Shown one piece after another: positions 1-14,306 of a stretch of 64,000 nucleotides of DNA. The stretch's first letter is position 1, and every line of letters starts with the position of its first letter. Location: the NCBI GenBank assembly GCA_043228905.1, contig JBHGNT010000010.1:17918001-17982000 (forward strand). The letters are read 5' to 3'. This DNA is from Azolla caroliniana. Lineage: Eukaryota; Plantae; Polypodiophyta. The notes beneath the pieces are model-generated. The model had not been told where the DNA came from, searched no databases, and saw only the letters and a list, made by a program, of their open reading frames with translations. A program made the translations under genes and the position numbers.

Positions 1-289
1 AAGAACATTGTCTTCCTTGGTTCAGGTTCCTCGGTCCTTCTCATATTTCATATGCAGGAGTATAACTTCTCGATGATGTAGAGGGAGTTGTCTGACTTGG
101 ACATGTAAATGATGATGTTGTGTTGGAACTATGTGATCTTCAACTACCATACTTTCACAGGTTCATTGAGACTTACTAATGGATTCTTGAGCCAACATAC
201 AACACACGGGTGAGATTATGACTTGATTGTACCATTGTTGTGTAAACATGTGTGTGTGTGCTACTTGAACGAGACCATGGGGGATCTTG

Positions 290-540
290 GACCATGGAAG
301 ACTCGAACGTTGAGGGAACTCGAACACTCAAAAGACTCGAATGCTCGGAGGACTCAAACACTCGAAGGACGCGAACACTTGGAGGACTTGAAACCTTGAG
401 GAGACTCGAACACTTGGAGGATGCAAAAGCTCAATGACCTCGAATGCTCATGGTGACTGGAACGTAACCAGGCATTCGAACTTTGAGGGACTCCAACGTT
501 CTAAGGACATGAACACTCCTAGGAGGCGAATGTTCCTCCT
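290..540. repeat. Degenerate ~20-bp tandem array, probably part of a retroelement non-coding region
   Basis: GGAGGACTCGAACACT-like units repeat more than 10 times. A ~47-bp direct repeat also occurs at about 637-683 and 747-793. Confidence 0.7.
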
Positions 541-1169
541 TAATGGATGACCCAAAACAATTCGTTAATGGGCCCCCAAAATTCCTTCGTCAAGGTTTCT
601 CGTCGAGTTCATCTAATTATGTTGTACATTTTCTACTTGATGCGTTGAACCATTGAGGCTTTGTATGAGGAGAGTTCGTAACGGAAAGGGAAAGAGAAGG
701 TGCTCATTCTTATCGGGTTCACCAAATTATGTCGTACAGTTCGTGCTTGATGCGTTGAACCGCCGAGGCTTTGTATGAGGAGAGTTCGTAACAAAAAGGG
801 AGTGAGAACAACACGAACAAGAGATAGAGATCATGTATGATTCAAGAAGCAAGAGCATAAGGACAAACTTTATTATATTGAGAACACAAGATTTTACCGA
901 AATTGCAGTGCTCGATAGAAAAGATAACACTTTATCTCTACCAAACTCCAACTCGAACTTTGAAAGACAAGACGCTTCCCAAATGTGCTATCTTGATTTA
1001 TTGTTTGATTGATTATCGTATTTGATCGATTGATTCCCTAATCGATTCACACCAATGCCTTGATAGTTCCGTTCCCTCTCTTTATATAGGTGCTCACATG
1101 CATATGATGTATGGTGCATGACATGCATACAATGCATGAAATGTATGTGATCTATGATCACCAAATCAT

Positions 1170-1408
1170 ATAACTATATTGACAATAATTATATAGAACG
1201 ACTTGTCTTAATGGTTTACACTTTATTCTTAACATAAAGGGTTGTATGTTCAAGCATCACAAATGTCACTTGATATAATATTTAGACATAACGGATAACT
1301 ATAATGATAAAAATTGTATAGAACAACTTGTCCTAATGGTTTACACTTATTCTTAATGTAAAGGGTTGTACGTTAAAGCCTCACAAATGTCACTTGATAT
1401 AATATTTG
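1170..1408. repeat. ~125-bp tandem duplication
   Basis: ATAACTATA...ACTTGTC.TAATGGTTTACACTT...TCACAAATGTCACTTGATATAATATTT is present twice. Confidence 0.85.
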
Positions 1409-2099
1409 AGTTTGTTTTTATACCGTGAAGCAATTGTTTCACGACAACGTCAAAATTTTTCTCATGTTGTTGTGAAGAATAAACATTCAACCTTCTCTTC
1501 TTTTATAGAATCCCAACAACCTTTTGGCCTCAAGGTCTTCCATTGATAAAATTAAACTTGCACTCTTTGGTCATCAATTTGTCAGATGGCCAATAGATTT
1601 CTCGTGATTGTAGGAACATGAAAGACATTCTTTACACATTTTCCATGTCAAAATAGGTATGTCATATCATCACCCATCTCCATGCAAGTTATTTGGGTGT
1701 TTGTAGGTCGCAAAGCCATTCAATATGACTCATCATGTCATTGGATGGGTTCAAGTCCATGAACCACATGGACATGACCTATGCTTCACAATGAAAATGC
1801 CAATTCTAATTAGTGATTTGCGGACCTTTGGTGGAATTATTGCTTTTTTCATGGACACTTGTCACCCACCTTGACGTAGCCAAACCCAATCCTAAAATCC
1901 CTAAGTAAGCACACTAGGAAATGGTTAACCACTAAACCCAAATTTAACAAAAGGAGAGAAAGAACACCCAAAAAGTTTTATAAAAAAGGCCATATTTTCA
2001 ATAGGGGTAATATTGATATCGTTAAACTTAGAAGGGGTAATTTTCATATCGTTAAACTTAGAAGGGTAATTTTGATATTACTCACGAGTCCTAATACCA

Positions 2100-3050
2100 A
2101 GGGTATCTCAAGATATTTTCTTGAGTTAAAATGAAATGAAGAGCGTCACTCTAGAGGCTACTCCCAAGTAAAAGAAGTACATTGAAATGTAATTCCTTGA
2201 GATTATAAAAAAAGTTGATTCCAAATTTTAATGCCCTTGATCTTTACATAAAAAGAATATCCTTTATGGAAAACCCAAAAACAATATCTCGATTGCGTGT
2301 TCATGAAAAAGTAGTGACGAGAGTATTGGAGAATAGGACACATATGACATGTGGGAAGAGTGGTCCCAAGATAATATTGATAATACGAACCACTGGTTAC
2401 CAACCACAAAACTATGCAGAGTGTTGGCTTAGGTTGGGGTTTTTTATAAGGTGGAAAATGTTGAGTGACAACAAAAGGCGAAGGTTTTGTACACAAGACA
2501 TGATGATACATGATGTTCCAATAGTTGGTATATACATTTTTGTGCATAGGAAATGACGATTGTCCTAAGGAAATTCATTTTGGTTGTAATTTGAAAACTG
2601 TCGACTAGGAAAGGGAGGATTGAGACTACCTGTTGTGAAAAATGTTAACACCTCGTTTCCCAACTCTTTTAAATCTCAAAATTGTAAACATTTCTAATAA
2701 CAAAAAATCTTGAAAAATGGCCATATATTGAAAATGACTGGCATGGACACATAAAATATCTAAAGCAATGTCGCAGAAAGACCAAAGGGTGTTCAGATAT
2801 CTTCTAAAATATCATTCGGACCAAAAATTTTAAACCAACCTATTGTCTTGGAAGTAAAAGAGTTCGAAACTGACAATTTGAACAGATAATGTCTGACGGA
2901 TGCTATAAGCCTTCATATTGGCAAGGAACAATCAGCACAAGCAACCCTAGAGAGGCCACTACACAACTTCCAATACTAGCTGCCAAAATTTCAATCGTGA
3001 CCCTGAAGTGAACTTATGGGGCATCGAAAGAGAGAAGATTAAGGAGTATT
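2100..3050 (-). mobile_element. Probable decayed LINE relic
   Basis: Shares ACTCTAGAGG(C/T)TACTCCCA (2148-2166) with the LINE relic at 42832-42850. No intact ORF; family and extent are uncertain. Confidence 0.3.
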
Positions 3051-3683
3051 AGGGTGTGAAAGATGGAAGTGTGTACCTTGATGCTGGTTACAAATAGAGA
3101 CATGATAGATAGATAGATAGATAGATCTAAGATAGACAAATATCTCTTTACCGTTCACAAGAGAGTGATTGTGAGTTATGAGAGAGAGGGGCCTAGAGAA
3201 AGAATCTGACTTGTGGTAAATGGGACGGCCTCTTCGATGTGTTTATGGTGAAGGACGTCATGTAGGCAATGAAAAAGGGAACACGTGAGTGAAAGGGAGG
3301 ATTTGAAAAAAGAAAAAGAAAACAATTATAACTTTTTTTTTCTTTTTTTTCTTTTGGCTTTTGTATTTGTCCGAGTTTCGTGTCGAAAAAAATTCGAGTA
3401 AAAGGAACATGTGTGCCAAGGCAGGGGGAGAGCGTGGGGAGGGGGGCCACCAGGGCAAAAAAAACAATGTGTTTGTTACCCACGAGACACTCTATAATCT
3501 CAATCTCCATATCTCCTTTCTCTTCACATAAGAGTCTCTCCTTTCTCTCTGTCTCTCTTGTCTATCTCTGTGTTTGTCTCTCTTACACACTCTCACACAC
3601 AAACATAACAAACAAACACACACATACACAAACAAAGCACACACACACACATAGTATAGTGCCTAAGTTTTTTGTGGGTTCCA

Positions 3684-6600
3684 ATGGCGATCTCTCCCCC
3701 AACAATTCGGTTCGTCGATCCCGCATCCCAATTCGCTCATTGCTCTCGATCGAAATTAGGCGGTATGCGCATCTAATGCTTGCTCCATTTTGTTCCGAAC
3801 TGATTATGCTTATCTGTGAATTAGACTTTTTAGACCATGCTTTTGCGGTTCGGTTTTCACATTCTCCACCCCACCCGTATATATTTTGCATAAATTGAAG
3901 TGTTCACGATCGGATCGTCCGATGGTGATGTAATTATTCGCGCAATATAATTCGTGCTTTTGATGAGATCTTGCGAAATTGTCATGTGACTTGCCTAATG
4001 AAGTCTTGCACTAATTACCCTAATTATTGCACTAAATACCCTGATTAATGCACTAAATACCCTGATTAATGCACTAAATACCCTGATTAATGCACTAAAT
4101 ACCCTGATTAATGCACTAGTTACTCTGATTAATGCACTAGTTACTTTGATTAATGCAGTAATTATCCTGATTAATGCACTAATCAACCTCATGGACCCAC
4201 TAAATTCTCTGTAAATCAATGCCCTAATTCGCCCAATCAATTAACTGAGCACAGTAATCCATGCTCTTAAGAATAGCAAAGACAACCAAATTTAATGGGT
4301 CTTTTTCTTTTTTCTGTTTTTTTAGTCCCATCAGTAGTATGCCAAGCCCAGCAATCGTTGATGGATAAGAATCATTCGATGTCTGCAGCAACAACGACAA
4401 CAAGAAGAAGAAATACACAGAGCCATTCCAACGATGACGCCGGATCCATTGATACTCATCTCTTGGATTTACAAGGCCCTCCTGCTTTCAACAACAATCA
4501 CTCGAATCACAGTGACAATACGGATGCATCAAGGACGAGGATGAAGAAACAGAATAGGAAGGAGGAGATGAAGACAGATTGTAACAACAAGGAGACCAGA
4601 TTATTTGTAGCAGATCATGAGTTGGGCGATTCTGTTGATACCACCGCTAACCTTCATCATCTGCTTCTCCGATCTAGAGAAGACTGCTATGATGGTGTGT
4701 TGATAGATCCGACAGGCTTGCCATTAGACCCACACGACTTTGTTGTTCGTCTCAGGGCATCTCTGCTCCACTGGAGAAACCAGGTTTCGAATCTTATCTT
4801 GGTTACTACTCTGTTTTTCAAGCCAAGCCATAGAAATATATATATGTACTGAGTAAAATTGGGTGTGTGTGTGTGTGTGTGCAGAGGAAGAGAGGTGTGT
4901 GGTTGCAATTACCTTCACATCTTGCAGAGTTTGTGCCCATAGCAATCCAGGTAAAACCAAAACAAAAAACACAAAAGCCCCAAAAATGTCTAATCCCCAA
5001 ACTACCCCTTCTTGCAGTTTCCGATATTTTATTTCTCCGAATTTGCCCGTTGTGTAACCCACTTGTCGCTGCATTCGCTCTATCATGAACCCGGACTTTC
5101 ACTACACAATCATATGCATTGATTGATTGATTGATTGATTGTATGTGTTTGTGTGTGTTTGTCTGTAATATATGTTTGTCTGTCTGTATGTTTGTATGTA
5201 TATGTATGTATGTATATGCATGTGTGTGTGTGTGTGTTTGTATGTATATATGAATGTATGTATGTATATGCATGTATTTGTGTATGTTTGTATGGATATA
5301 TGAATGTATGTATGTATGTATGTCTGTTTGTATGTATATATGAATGTATGTATGTATGTATGTATGTATGTATGTATGTATGTATGTATGTCTATCTGTT
5401 TGTATGTATGTATGTATGTATGGATGTATGTATATGTCATTTTGGTGACAAGGTACACTAGCTGGCTTCTTTTGATATCATTGTTTCGGTTTCTTTTTCC
5501 CCTTTAAAATGTATGCAGGAAGGCTTCCAATACCACCATGCAGAGCCGAGCCATGTTATGATGACATATTGGTTACCGGACATGCCCTCTACACTTCCAC
5601 CAAATGCTTCTCATCAAATTGGCATTGGTGCGTTTGTAATGAATGATCGAAGAGAGGTTGGTACTGGTTACAAAAATACTGAAAAGTCTTTTAACTTTCT
5701 CATTGGGGAGCATTGGCGTAGGTGATGATGGAATCCCACTTTTCTATGTGTGTAGGTGTTGGCAGTGCAAGAGAAGACTGGCCCTTTGCGTGGCCTAGGT
5801 GTTTGGAAGATGCCAACTGGTCTTATTAATGAGGTACATAGTGTTCGTTGTATGTCTTTTAAAAAAAGAAAGAGACATGTTAGAGAGTTATGGTAATGTT
5901 TGTGCAAGAGAGTGTAGCGCATTTGGTGAAGCTGCCCATAAACTCATGCATTCAACCCCTACATTCCTTGATATGCACAATACCTTTTGACACACACACA
6001 CACACACATAGATTTTTACTATTTCTGGAGGTCAATCATGACCTATGAGACCAACATTATAACATTTTCACGTAATACATGTGAAAGTACTTTAAGTATG
6101 AATTCTCGATGTTCAAGAACTTTACTAATGAATGTCCCAATTGGGAATATGCACTATGACCGTGAGAGAAATTTGTGCAAGGATTGGCTTTGGTTAAAGA
6201 TAAGTGGACATATAACTCCTAGGATTCATTAAGGGCCCCAATATCAAGTTTAGTTGAGAATCAATAATTACCCCAATTCTCTTACAACTTTAAATATGCC
6301 TCTTTCTCCACTTAGTTTAAGGCTTTGTACTGACTTTGTACATTCCAAGTATGCTTATTGAAGCTCAACTTATCTTACTTCTAGCTAATTGGTGATTATT
6401 TTCAGGGTGAAGATCTTTGTGATGGAGCTGTGAGAGAAGTTAAAGAAGAGACTGGGGTACGGAATGTTTAGTTTTACATCTTATATCATGTTTATTCTAA
6501 GTTGGATACCAATAAGAATGTGTTTGCAATTTTTCAGGTGGATACAAAGTTCATGCAAGTAGTAGGATTCAGGTACTTCTAGTTTGATAAAGACATGAGA

Positions 6601-8781
6601 AAAAACAAACTTTCTGATTTCTTGTTTGCATACGTGACAATCTGATCATTTTGTGATGCATACTGAAGAACATTCTAAGTGAAAAGTAAGAGGTAAGGTC
6701 TATTAACGACAAGTAAGTTTGTCCTCTAAAAGGCGAAAGAACGGGATGTCGCCTCTCCAAACAAACAAGAAGATGTATAATATATGGTGCAACATCAAGT
6801 GCCAATACATAAAGACATTGTTGGGCCATATTACATGGGAAATAAAAGAGTGGATTAGGAATTTTAGAGGGAGAAATGATATATTTCATGTCATTGGGAG
6901 GCCATAAACATGACACATTGCACTGAATTCAAGCATTACAAGAGATGCGCCTTCCTCTATTGGTGTAGAGGGTGTAGAAACATGTGGCTCATGTGTATTT
7001 CTTAGGTTGCTTCGATGCTTAAATACAAAGCAGATATATGTGCCTAAGAGCATTGATCTGTTTAACTTGGAGAAGTATGAAGTTGGTGCTTGTGATATCA
7101 TTGATATTGGGAAGCATTGACAGATTGTCATGAAAGTTTCACGTTATTGTGGAATGGGCTCCTCGTCCTCAAATCTCCTGATTAGGGTAGTGTTTAGATA
7201 TGGTTTACTAGGTTATGGAGACCTCTCTGACCTCCATTCTCAATACCAAATTCATGGTTACAAGTGCAAAGGAATCTAGTGTCTAGATATGGTTAGTGAG
7301 GTTATGTATACCTCTCCAACCTCTACCGTCAATGTCGACATCACAACAATCAAGTGTATGATGTGATTGCATTGACCCCAACATAGCATAGTGGGAAGGC
7401 ATTGTGATTAGTAATGCATTGACATGTGCAATCTTTACCACTGACTATAGGCTTTTCAAAATGCATTTGGATTTGAAGATATGGAAGAGACTGAGAAAAG
7501 ACTTTTAACATCCTAAATTTGAACAAAATGTGGAAGATTTAAGAGAACCATGGCCATGTTATACAAGATATTATGCAAAAACGTGGTGTAATCTGAAAGC
7601 TCTAGAGACAATTGGTTGTGGTAGTGTAGACTAGTCGAAGCATTAATTAAATATGAAGCCCATTTGTCAATATTAATAATGCACAGGCTGCATTTTGAAA
7701 GCTTGCTATAGGCTTCAAATGTAATCCATGAATGGGGGTGACTCGAGTAGGTTTCTTTCTGTGAGAAAAATAAGGTAACTATGAAAATGATAGAAGAAAT
7801 TGATGCTCGTTAGGATTAAGACAAACAAATAAATTTTTTAACGTGTGAGAATAAAGTGAACCTTACGTAGTGGAGATTTCACAAGGCAAAGATATTTATA
7901 AACGAGCATGAAAACCGTAATGTGGAGATAATTGTGAAAGCATAATTCTCTCAAATTTGTTGAGATACCTGGGTGCAACTTTCTCAAAAACAATTTACAA
8001 CAAGTTCACATTGTGGGAACATGTCAATTTATATGTTTCGACATCCTTTTCATGTCAATTTATACACACCCATTTGACTTGTCAATTTTGTCATATCAAG
8101 TCACGACGAATATACTTTATACTAAAGTTTCGTTCATTTAATAATTGGGTCCAATAACAACAAAAAAAACTACTTTTTGTTGAAGGATTGTGATATTTTC
8201 ACAGTAATCATATTCATAACAAATCTAGAAGTTGTTTATTCCCCTTCTTAACCCTAACTATATGATTATGGCCTTGCTTTGAAAATATGGCAAAAGGACA
8301 TGCTCTTTTAAGCTTCACCATTGTTTGATGAGGTCTATTCTTCATTCCAAACATTCCAACCCTTTTATGCATGAAAATATTGAAATTGTTTGTATCTTAT
8401 CTCATTTATAGGCATGGGCATCTAGTATCTTTTGGCAAATCAGATCTCTACTTTACATGCACCCTTCAACCCTTGTCTGAAGATATACTTATTGAAGATT
8501 GTGAAATAGAAGCTGCAAAGGTAATTTGGTAGCATATGTTGCGGTGATGTAGCTCTCTTGCAAACAATATTTTACATTGTACTTAATAAACTTGTATGTG
8601 CATGTAGTGGATCCCATTGGAGGAGTTTCAAAGCCAAGATTTCTTCACGGAGAGTGTCGCACGAAGGAAGATGCTGGAACTTTGTGTCGCCAGTTTTAAT
8701 GGTAGATATCGAGGTTTTGAAGCAGAGCAATTGTTTAGTGGATCCCTTGCTAGTCCTACACATTACTTCTTCGCTCATTAG
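3684..8781 (+). CDS. Nudix hydrolase (NUDT2/NUDT7/NUDT8-like, ADP-ribose/NADH pyrophosphatase type), 9 exons
   Basis: Exons 3684-3762, 4326-4783, 4885-4950, 5519-5656, 5756-5833, 6406-6456, 6538-6572, 8412-8520, 8608-8781, all GT-AG and phase-consistent. Motifs: RKRGVWLQLP, EGFQYHHAEPSHVMMTYWLP, LPPNASHQIGIGAFV, Nudix box GLINEGEDLCDGAVREVKEETGV (GX5EX7REUXEEXGU), KSDLYF, EIEAAKW. Exon 1 is the least certain. Confidence 0.92.
4005..4185. repeat. 21-bp minisatellite in Nudix intron 1
   Basis: About 8 copies of TAATGCACTAAATACCCTGAT, decaying at the edges. Confidence 0.9.
5110..5436. repeat. (TATG)n/(TG)n/(GATT)n microsatellite tract in Nudix intron 3
   Basis: Directly visible low-complexity tract; it explains the spurious YVCM/HTYI ORFs. 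Confidence 0.95.
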
Positions 8782-9739
8782 TTACCACCCACTTTTGTGG
8801 TACACTTGTACATTATCTATATATATATATATATAATTTATGTTAGTGGGAAAACAATTGGTGCAGTTATTGTAAAAATATTGTTACCATAATGAAATTT
8901 TACATTGTATTCTAGTTCCATTTCAAATAATCCCTCATTGCATTCTCAATCTAAGCAATGATTAATAGAATCACCACACCATGGACTCACTAAGCTTGAA
9001 TCGATCAACCGAAGTTTACCTTGGCATTTGCACTCTGTCCTCATAACTCAAAGCATCTATCACTTGCCATGGATGAGCCTTCAATTACGGGGTGCCCAAT
9101 GCATCGATGAACTGAGAAAGTCTGCTATGCACAGATGTTGGAGAAGCAAATCAATTAGGATTCTAAAAACAAATTCCCTTAATTACTTTAATGAGATGCT
9201 TTGAAAATTACCCACTACATGGCAAATATAAACATCGCAAGTGATGTTATATATATTGTGACCAAAATATCTTAGATATGCAAATTAGTATAGAACATGT
9301 GGGTTCAATAAAAAAAGGTATTCAAAATTTCATTATTTCATGGACAAAAGCATAAATTTTAAGGCATTATTATAAATCTATTTAATAGAGAATGAGTGGG
9401 TGCAATGGGAATCACGACTGTTGCAATGGAAAAGATATAAGGTAAAACTACTCCGCAGAGTTAGCCAAAATATTCCCAACCACCAGCTCAAAAAACAACA
9501 CCAATAATAGAGAAAGGGTGTCTTTATCAATGAGATTCACATTTTTTAAAGGCACCCTTTTTCTTTGCATGACTTGATCATGATGAGTGTGATGTCTCTA
9601 GTTAGCTGTCCAGAAGGTTTTGTAAAATGCCCATTACATGAGCATGTGGTTTATGTATATGCATTCACCTTGCAAGTATATCTTGAATGTGTATTCACAC
9701 CATGGAACGTGTATGGTGCATGCGTACACACTTTATTAT

Positions 9740-10100
9740 TATTATTTCGTGCTCTAACCTCCATCCAGTGTGTGAGACTTCCTTTGGCTAACTCTAAGTA
9801 CTTAATTTGCCACAAACCTATGGGCATTATCACAATATCTACCATCTAGTCATTGGTGCAACCCATCTCTATGGTACACATTAGAGTCCATTTGACGACT
9901 GTTGCATGTTTCCACATACCACACAACATCATTGTGTGCCACTAGTAATTTCATTAAGCTTTGTGCATGTGATCCATATCCCTTTGTACTCAGCCTTTAG
10001 GCTACCATGAAACTGGAAAATCACGGCTTCTTACTTTTACTTTTTGCAAACCACTTGGAGTGACATACCCAACCTTTTCTTTTAATCATTCCAAAGATGT
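9740..10100 (-). mobile_element. Degraded Ty3/Gypsy integrase fragment
   Basis: Minus strand reads NDVVWYVETCNSRQ...YHRDGLH and then VDIVIMPIGLWQIKYLELAKGSLTHWMEVRA, resembling the integrase zinc finger and core start. Frameshifted. Confidence 0.55.
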
Positions 10101-11076
10101 ACTTACTTCAAGAAGAATTTGTATCCTTTCTTCTCAAGCTTGTGATATTGCTCTTTCGACCACACAATGATCACTAGCTAGTAGGAATAAATTTTTAACA
10201 CAAGATGTTAAAAGAAAGAAATAATGTATTAAAGAAAAAAAAACCTAGTGGGCCCCTCCTACCATGAATATTCTACATTTAAGTGTGAGAATAAGGGTTA
10301 TATCCTACAAGATAAATAACCTACCATATGCTTCCTGCCATGAATATTCTACATTATCCTCGAACCTCATAACCCCATTTAAGAACTATATTTCGTGACA
10401 CTTCATTCAAATCTGAAATATGGCAGTGTATTTGTTTGAGAAGAACCCAAAACACCCATAACGGTGTTAAGAAATGCCAAAATTCTCCGTGGTCTTCAAT
10501 CTACATATGAGTGTTTTTTCTCATACAATTGAATGCATTCCAATAAAATATCCAAAAAATTCAATGGTTGCTAAATGGATGACAATTCTATGCATTGGGT
10601 CGACATGGGTCTCAATTCTTGCTCACTTCAGGTTTGCCATATATAGTACATCTCCTATTAACCTTAAAGGATGCAAAAAACAATATTGAATGTAAAGATC
10701 CATGCAATGTTACTTCATCTTTGTTCTAAATTTCCCTTTCTGCATCTGAATTTCTTTTTAATGCCACTACTAAGAAAAATTCCAGCCTTCTCGACATCAA
10801 TCCAACAAAACCTATTGTAATGCAGACATCCATGTGATGCTTTTTTCATCCAGCATTTATTTGTCTCTAAATTTTCCTTTCAAATATCTAGACGTTGTTT
10901 CGCAAGGATCCAAAAAGAAATAAAATGATGCTCATAAACAGCCTCGGGTATCGATGATAGAAATCTTTGACAAAGTTTATAGTGAATAACAATCTAGTCT
11001 TTTGCTGAATTGCCAGAAGAATATGGCTCATTACCAGTGAGTGAATCATAAACTATATCAGAAGATACATATGCTA

Positions 11077-11961
11077 TCAAATGAAGGATGAATAGAATAA
11101 ATCAAAGGCCTCGATAACCTCCAAGCTCCACATTGCCTCCCTATCCGGGGATGACGACAAGTCAACGATTTTATGCACCTGAAATGCAAAACCTAATATA
11201 TATTACACTTTTCTTATGATAGACTTAACCATTCGACCGAAAACATTCATCCAATTTCTTCAAACCGATTGCCTCTATATCATTAGTTCATCTAGATCCT
11301 CCGTTTCGTATGGGTTGCAAAATGCAGAAGGAGATATGGTGTTTATGCATACAAAAATCAAATGAAAATCTAAAATTTACACAAAAAACATATTGTGGAT
11401 GCGCGATTTTTTAAAGACATTTCTAGTTCTTAGAAATACGTTATAACATTTGGCTTCTGGGATTGATGATATGATGCATCACATTTGTTTTTGGTAGGAA
11501 TACCATCATCACCTTGACTATGGAAGACCCATTACTGATGATGTATACTCCGAGAACGAGGACATAGATCCCTATATATATATAGAATGAAGCAAAGTAA
11601 GAGGGAGTTTATGAGGAATGATCAAAAAACAAGTTTCAAATGATTTAACAAGAATCAAGGGAAGCAAGAACTCATTTGTGTGATGATTGAAGTGGATCCT
11701 GTGGAACCAAACCTGTCTTCATCTGTGGGTCTTGGAAATCTTTGGGTATGTGAAGATCAATGACTCCACTGCCATCATCCATCACTCTCTGCCCTGGCTC
11801 TGAACCTCCTACTAGCACACCCTTGGATCAAAGATGACAAAAAAGTTTAACCAAAAATCCTTAAAAACGCACAAAAGAAGAAAGTCTTTTGTTTAAAAAC
11901 ACAAATCACTCTTTTGGTATTGATATTAATGGAGAAAAGAAGAATTTAAACCCTAGATAGC

Positions 11962-11998
<37 letters not shown>

Positions 11999-12129
11999 TG
12001 TAGCCATACTCTTTGAAAGGGAAGGGTTCCAAAGGCCATTCGAGGTTTTCCATTTGAAGAGGGTAAGGGTTTAGAGAGAGCTTTGAGGTGCCTAATGGAA
12101 AGCTTCAAAGCACCAAGTTCATAGTCCAT
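11077..12129 (-). CDS. RMI2: RecQ-mediated genome instability protein 2 (OB-fold subunit of the RTR/BTR complex), 4 exons
   Basis: Exons 12129-11998, 11821-11713, 11571-11513, 11178-11077 splice in frame to MDYELGALKLSIRHLK...LPFQRVWLQGVLV...MDDGSGVIDL...GIYVLVLGVY...KVHKIVDLSSSPDREAMWSLEVIEAFDLFY. This matches recalled plant RMI2 motifs (FQRAWLQGVLV, DDGTG, KVHKMVDLS..PDREAMW.LEV). Confidence 0.92.
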
Positions 12130-14306
12130 GGCCTATTAAGTGTTCTTCCTTCCTCTTGGTTCATCAAGGCATGCTTAAAAGACACAATTCAGAGAAAGAT
12201 TATGTATGTTAATGTCCGAGCCAGAGATTCCCCGAGATGGAATCTTGAGAGCGAGATTCCGACGGAATATGGCGGCCTATGGGGGTGTCCGGCACGGAAG
12301 ATAGAGAAATAGAATACGATCCATGGGACCCATCGGATTTCTTATAGTCTTGTAGTCTTTTGAAACGAGGGGGGATCACGAAAACACTTGCAACTATGGG
12401 AAACATTTGGGTTATGTGTATGCGTCCATTTAAGTGTGCAATTCTATTAAGTGTGTTTTTCTAGGCCGAAAATCCAAATAAAATAATTACATTGTTTAAT
12501 GACAAGATCTCATGGCATCAAATTGGAACTATGTTCCAAACATTCAAAAACAACGGTATCATCAACAAAAATCAGATTTCTAAGCGTTTCTCCAATTTGC
12601 ACTGAAATCATGTAAGGTCATTTGCCTACTTTTAAATATAACTTAGAAATAATGGCAAAATATGCCACTTGAATTTGCCTCATACCTCATCCTTCTTCTT
12701 TATCTAACTTATAAGTGCAGATTCACTTATACCACATTTTTCTACTTATGTTGCGAAGAGATGGAGATGGTGGTGGTTCCACTAACTCCAAAATTCATAG
12801 CCTCTGTTCATCATTCAAATGAGGTCCAACACCTTCCATATAGGTTGAATTCATCTTTGTAATGCTAATTAATTGATTTTAGGTTGACTCAAATAGAAGG
12901 TTTTTTACATGACTGAAACTTCAAGCTCCATCAGAAAACGCCAATTTAAGGACAAACATCTAAATCATGAAAGTGAAAAAATAACCAAATTCAAGTCATG
13001 TGTTTTTCTATTGTATGTCCATATTAATACTCTTCAAAGAATGACAACTACAAATCAGCATATGTACACGTTATTAGTTAGGGATATTAAGTAAGTGTAC
13101 TTAGCAAAACCAAGTGTACAGAGGGCAAGATATGAAGGCCAAAAAGGTTTTGAGAATTGGAAGGGGGCTTAAAAGCTTGGCCAAAGGCATTGTTGAAGGC
13201 TTTTCCAACCTAAAACACCCATCCTTTAAGAGCCATTCTTGTACCATTAGAATGTTTGCCTCTCATTATCCAAGAGTTCTGCTGAAACAGCTATGTTTGT
13301 TTGTGCATCAGCATCAATCCTATCAGGTATATTTGTAGATCCCATTATCAGTATCACACGCAATACTTTATTTTAGACTCTAGCACAAAAAAAAAAGATT
13401 TGTTTGTATGAAACGCAATCGTCCCAACTAGTCTGCTTCTGCAACACAACAATGCGACAAAACCTTTTATATCTGCTTCGGGAATCGATCCTGATATTCT
13501 CCCATTGGCTCGTTTTTGTAGGAATTGCTCGCTTGCTGGGAGGACGATCACTCGTCCATCCCAGAGGATTCCTACCAGTATTTTCATCATAATGTTTGCA
13601 TCTCATCCTACCACTATTTTCATCTTAATATTTGCCTCTCATTATCTTACCACTATCTTCATCCAATGTTGTCTCTAAATTGCCAATGGAAAGTTGACGT
13701 TCTTGTCAGTTCAAGCAGCAACACTGTAGCAATTATAGAGATTGTGGGGGGCTGGTCATAGGTGGAGTTATTCAAGTGGTTGTGGGGGCTGCACTTTCTT
13801 CAATGATGCAGAGAGAAACTTTTTGCACAAAGCCAAAATTAACACAAAAGACCCCAAGTGCACATTTTGATTTAAGTAATCATTATGATACTTGCTACCA
13901 ATGTTGTATTGATGACTTGATTGGCACAACCAGGCCTAATCAATTCAACCAACATGAGCAAATCTATGGAAAAACCTTTCAAATGCTTCTGTAAAATCTC
14001 CCACATTGGAAATAATGTAATTTAATAAGAAAATGATAATAAACACATGGCAAGAGAATCTGCGACCAATTACCTTGTGCAACCTAGTTATATTGATCAA
14101 TTTAAAACTGATGTGTGTTGAAGAATCATGGTAAATGGTGCTATCACAAAACCATGCCTACCCTGCCAACTCGTGTATATTTTTTCATACACCTTTTCAC
14201 TCTTCACAACCATTTATATAGAGTAAAATGTGTCATTGAGTTATATGAAAGAGTTGAAACAAACAAAAAAATGGCATTCGCATCAAAATGTCGCCATCAT
14301 CATTTC

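Noticed and set aside
3380-3898. 172-aa ORF upstream of the Nudix gene
   Set aside because: It starts at GTG and runs through CT/CA microsatellite 5' UTR-like sequence; the supported first exon uses another frame (3684-3762).
4818-5507. ORFs rich in HTYI/YVCM
   Set aside because: They are translations of the (TATG)n/(TG)n microsatellite in a Nudix intron.
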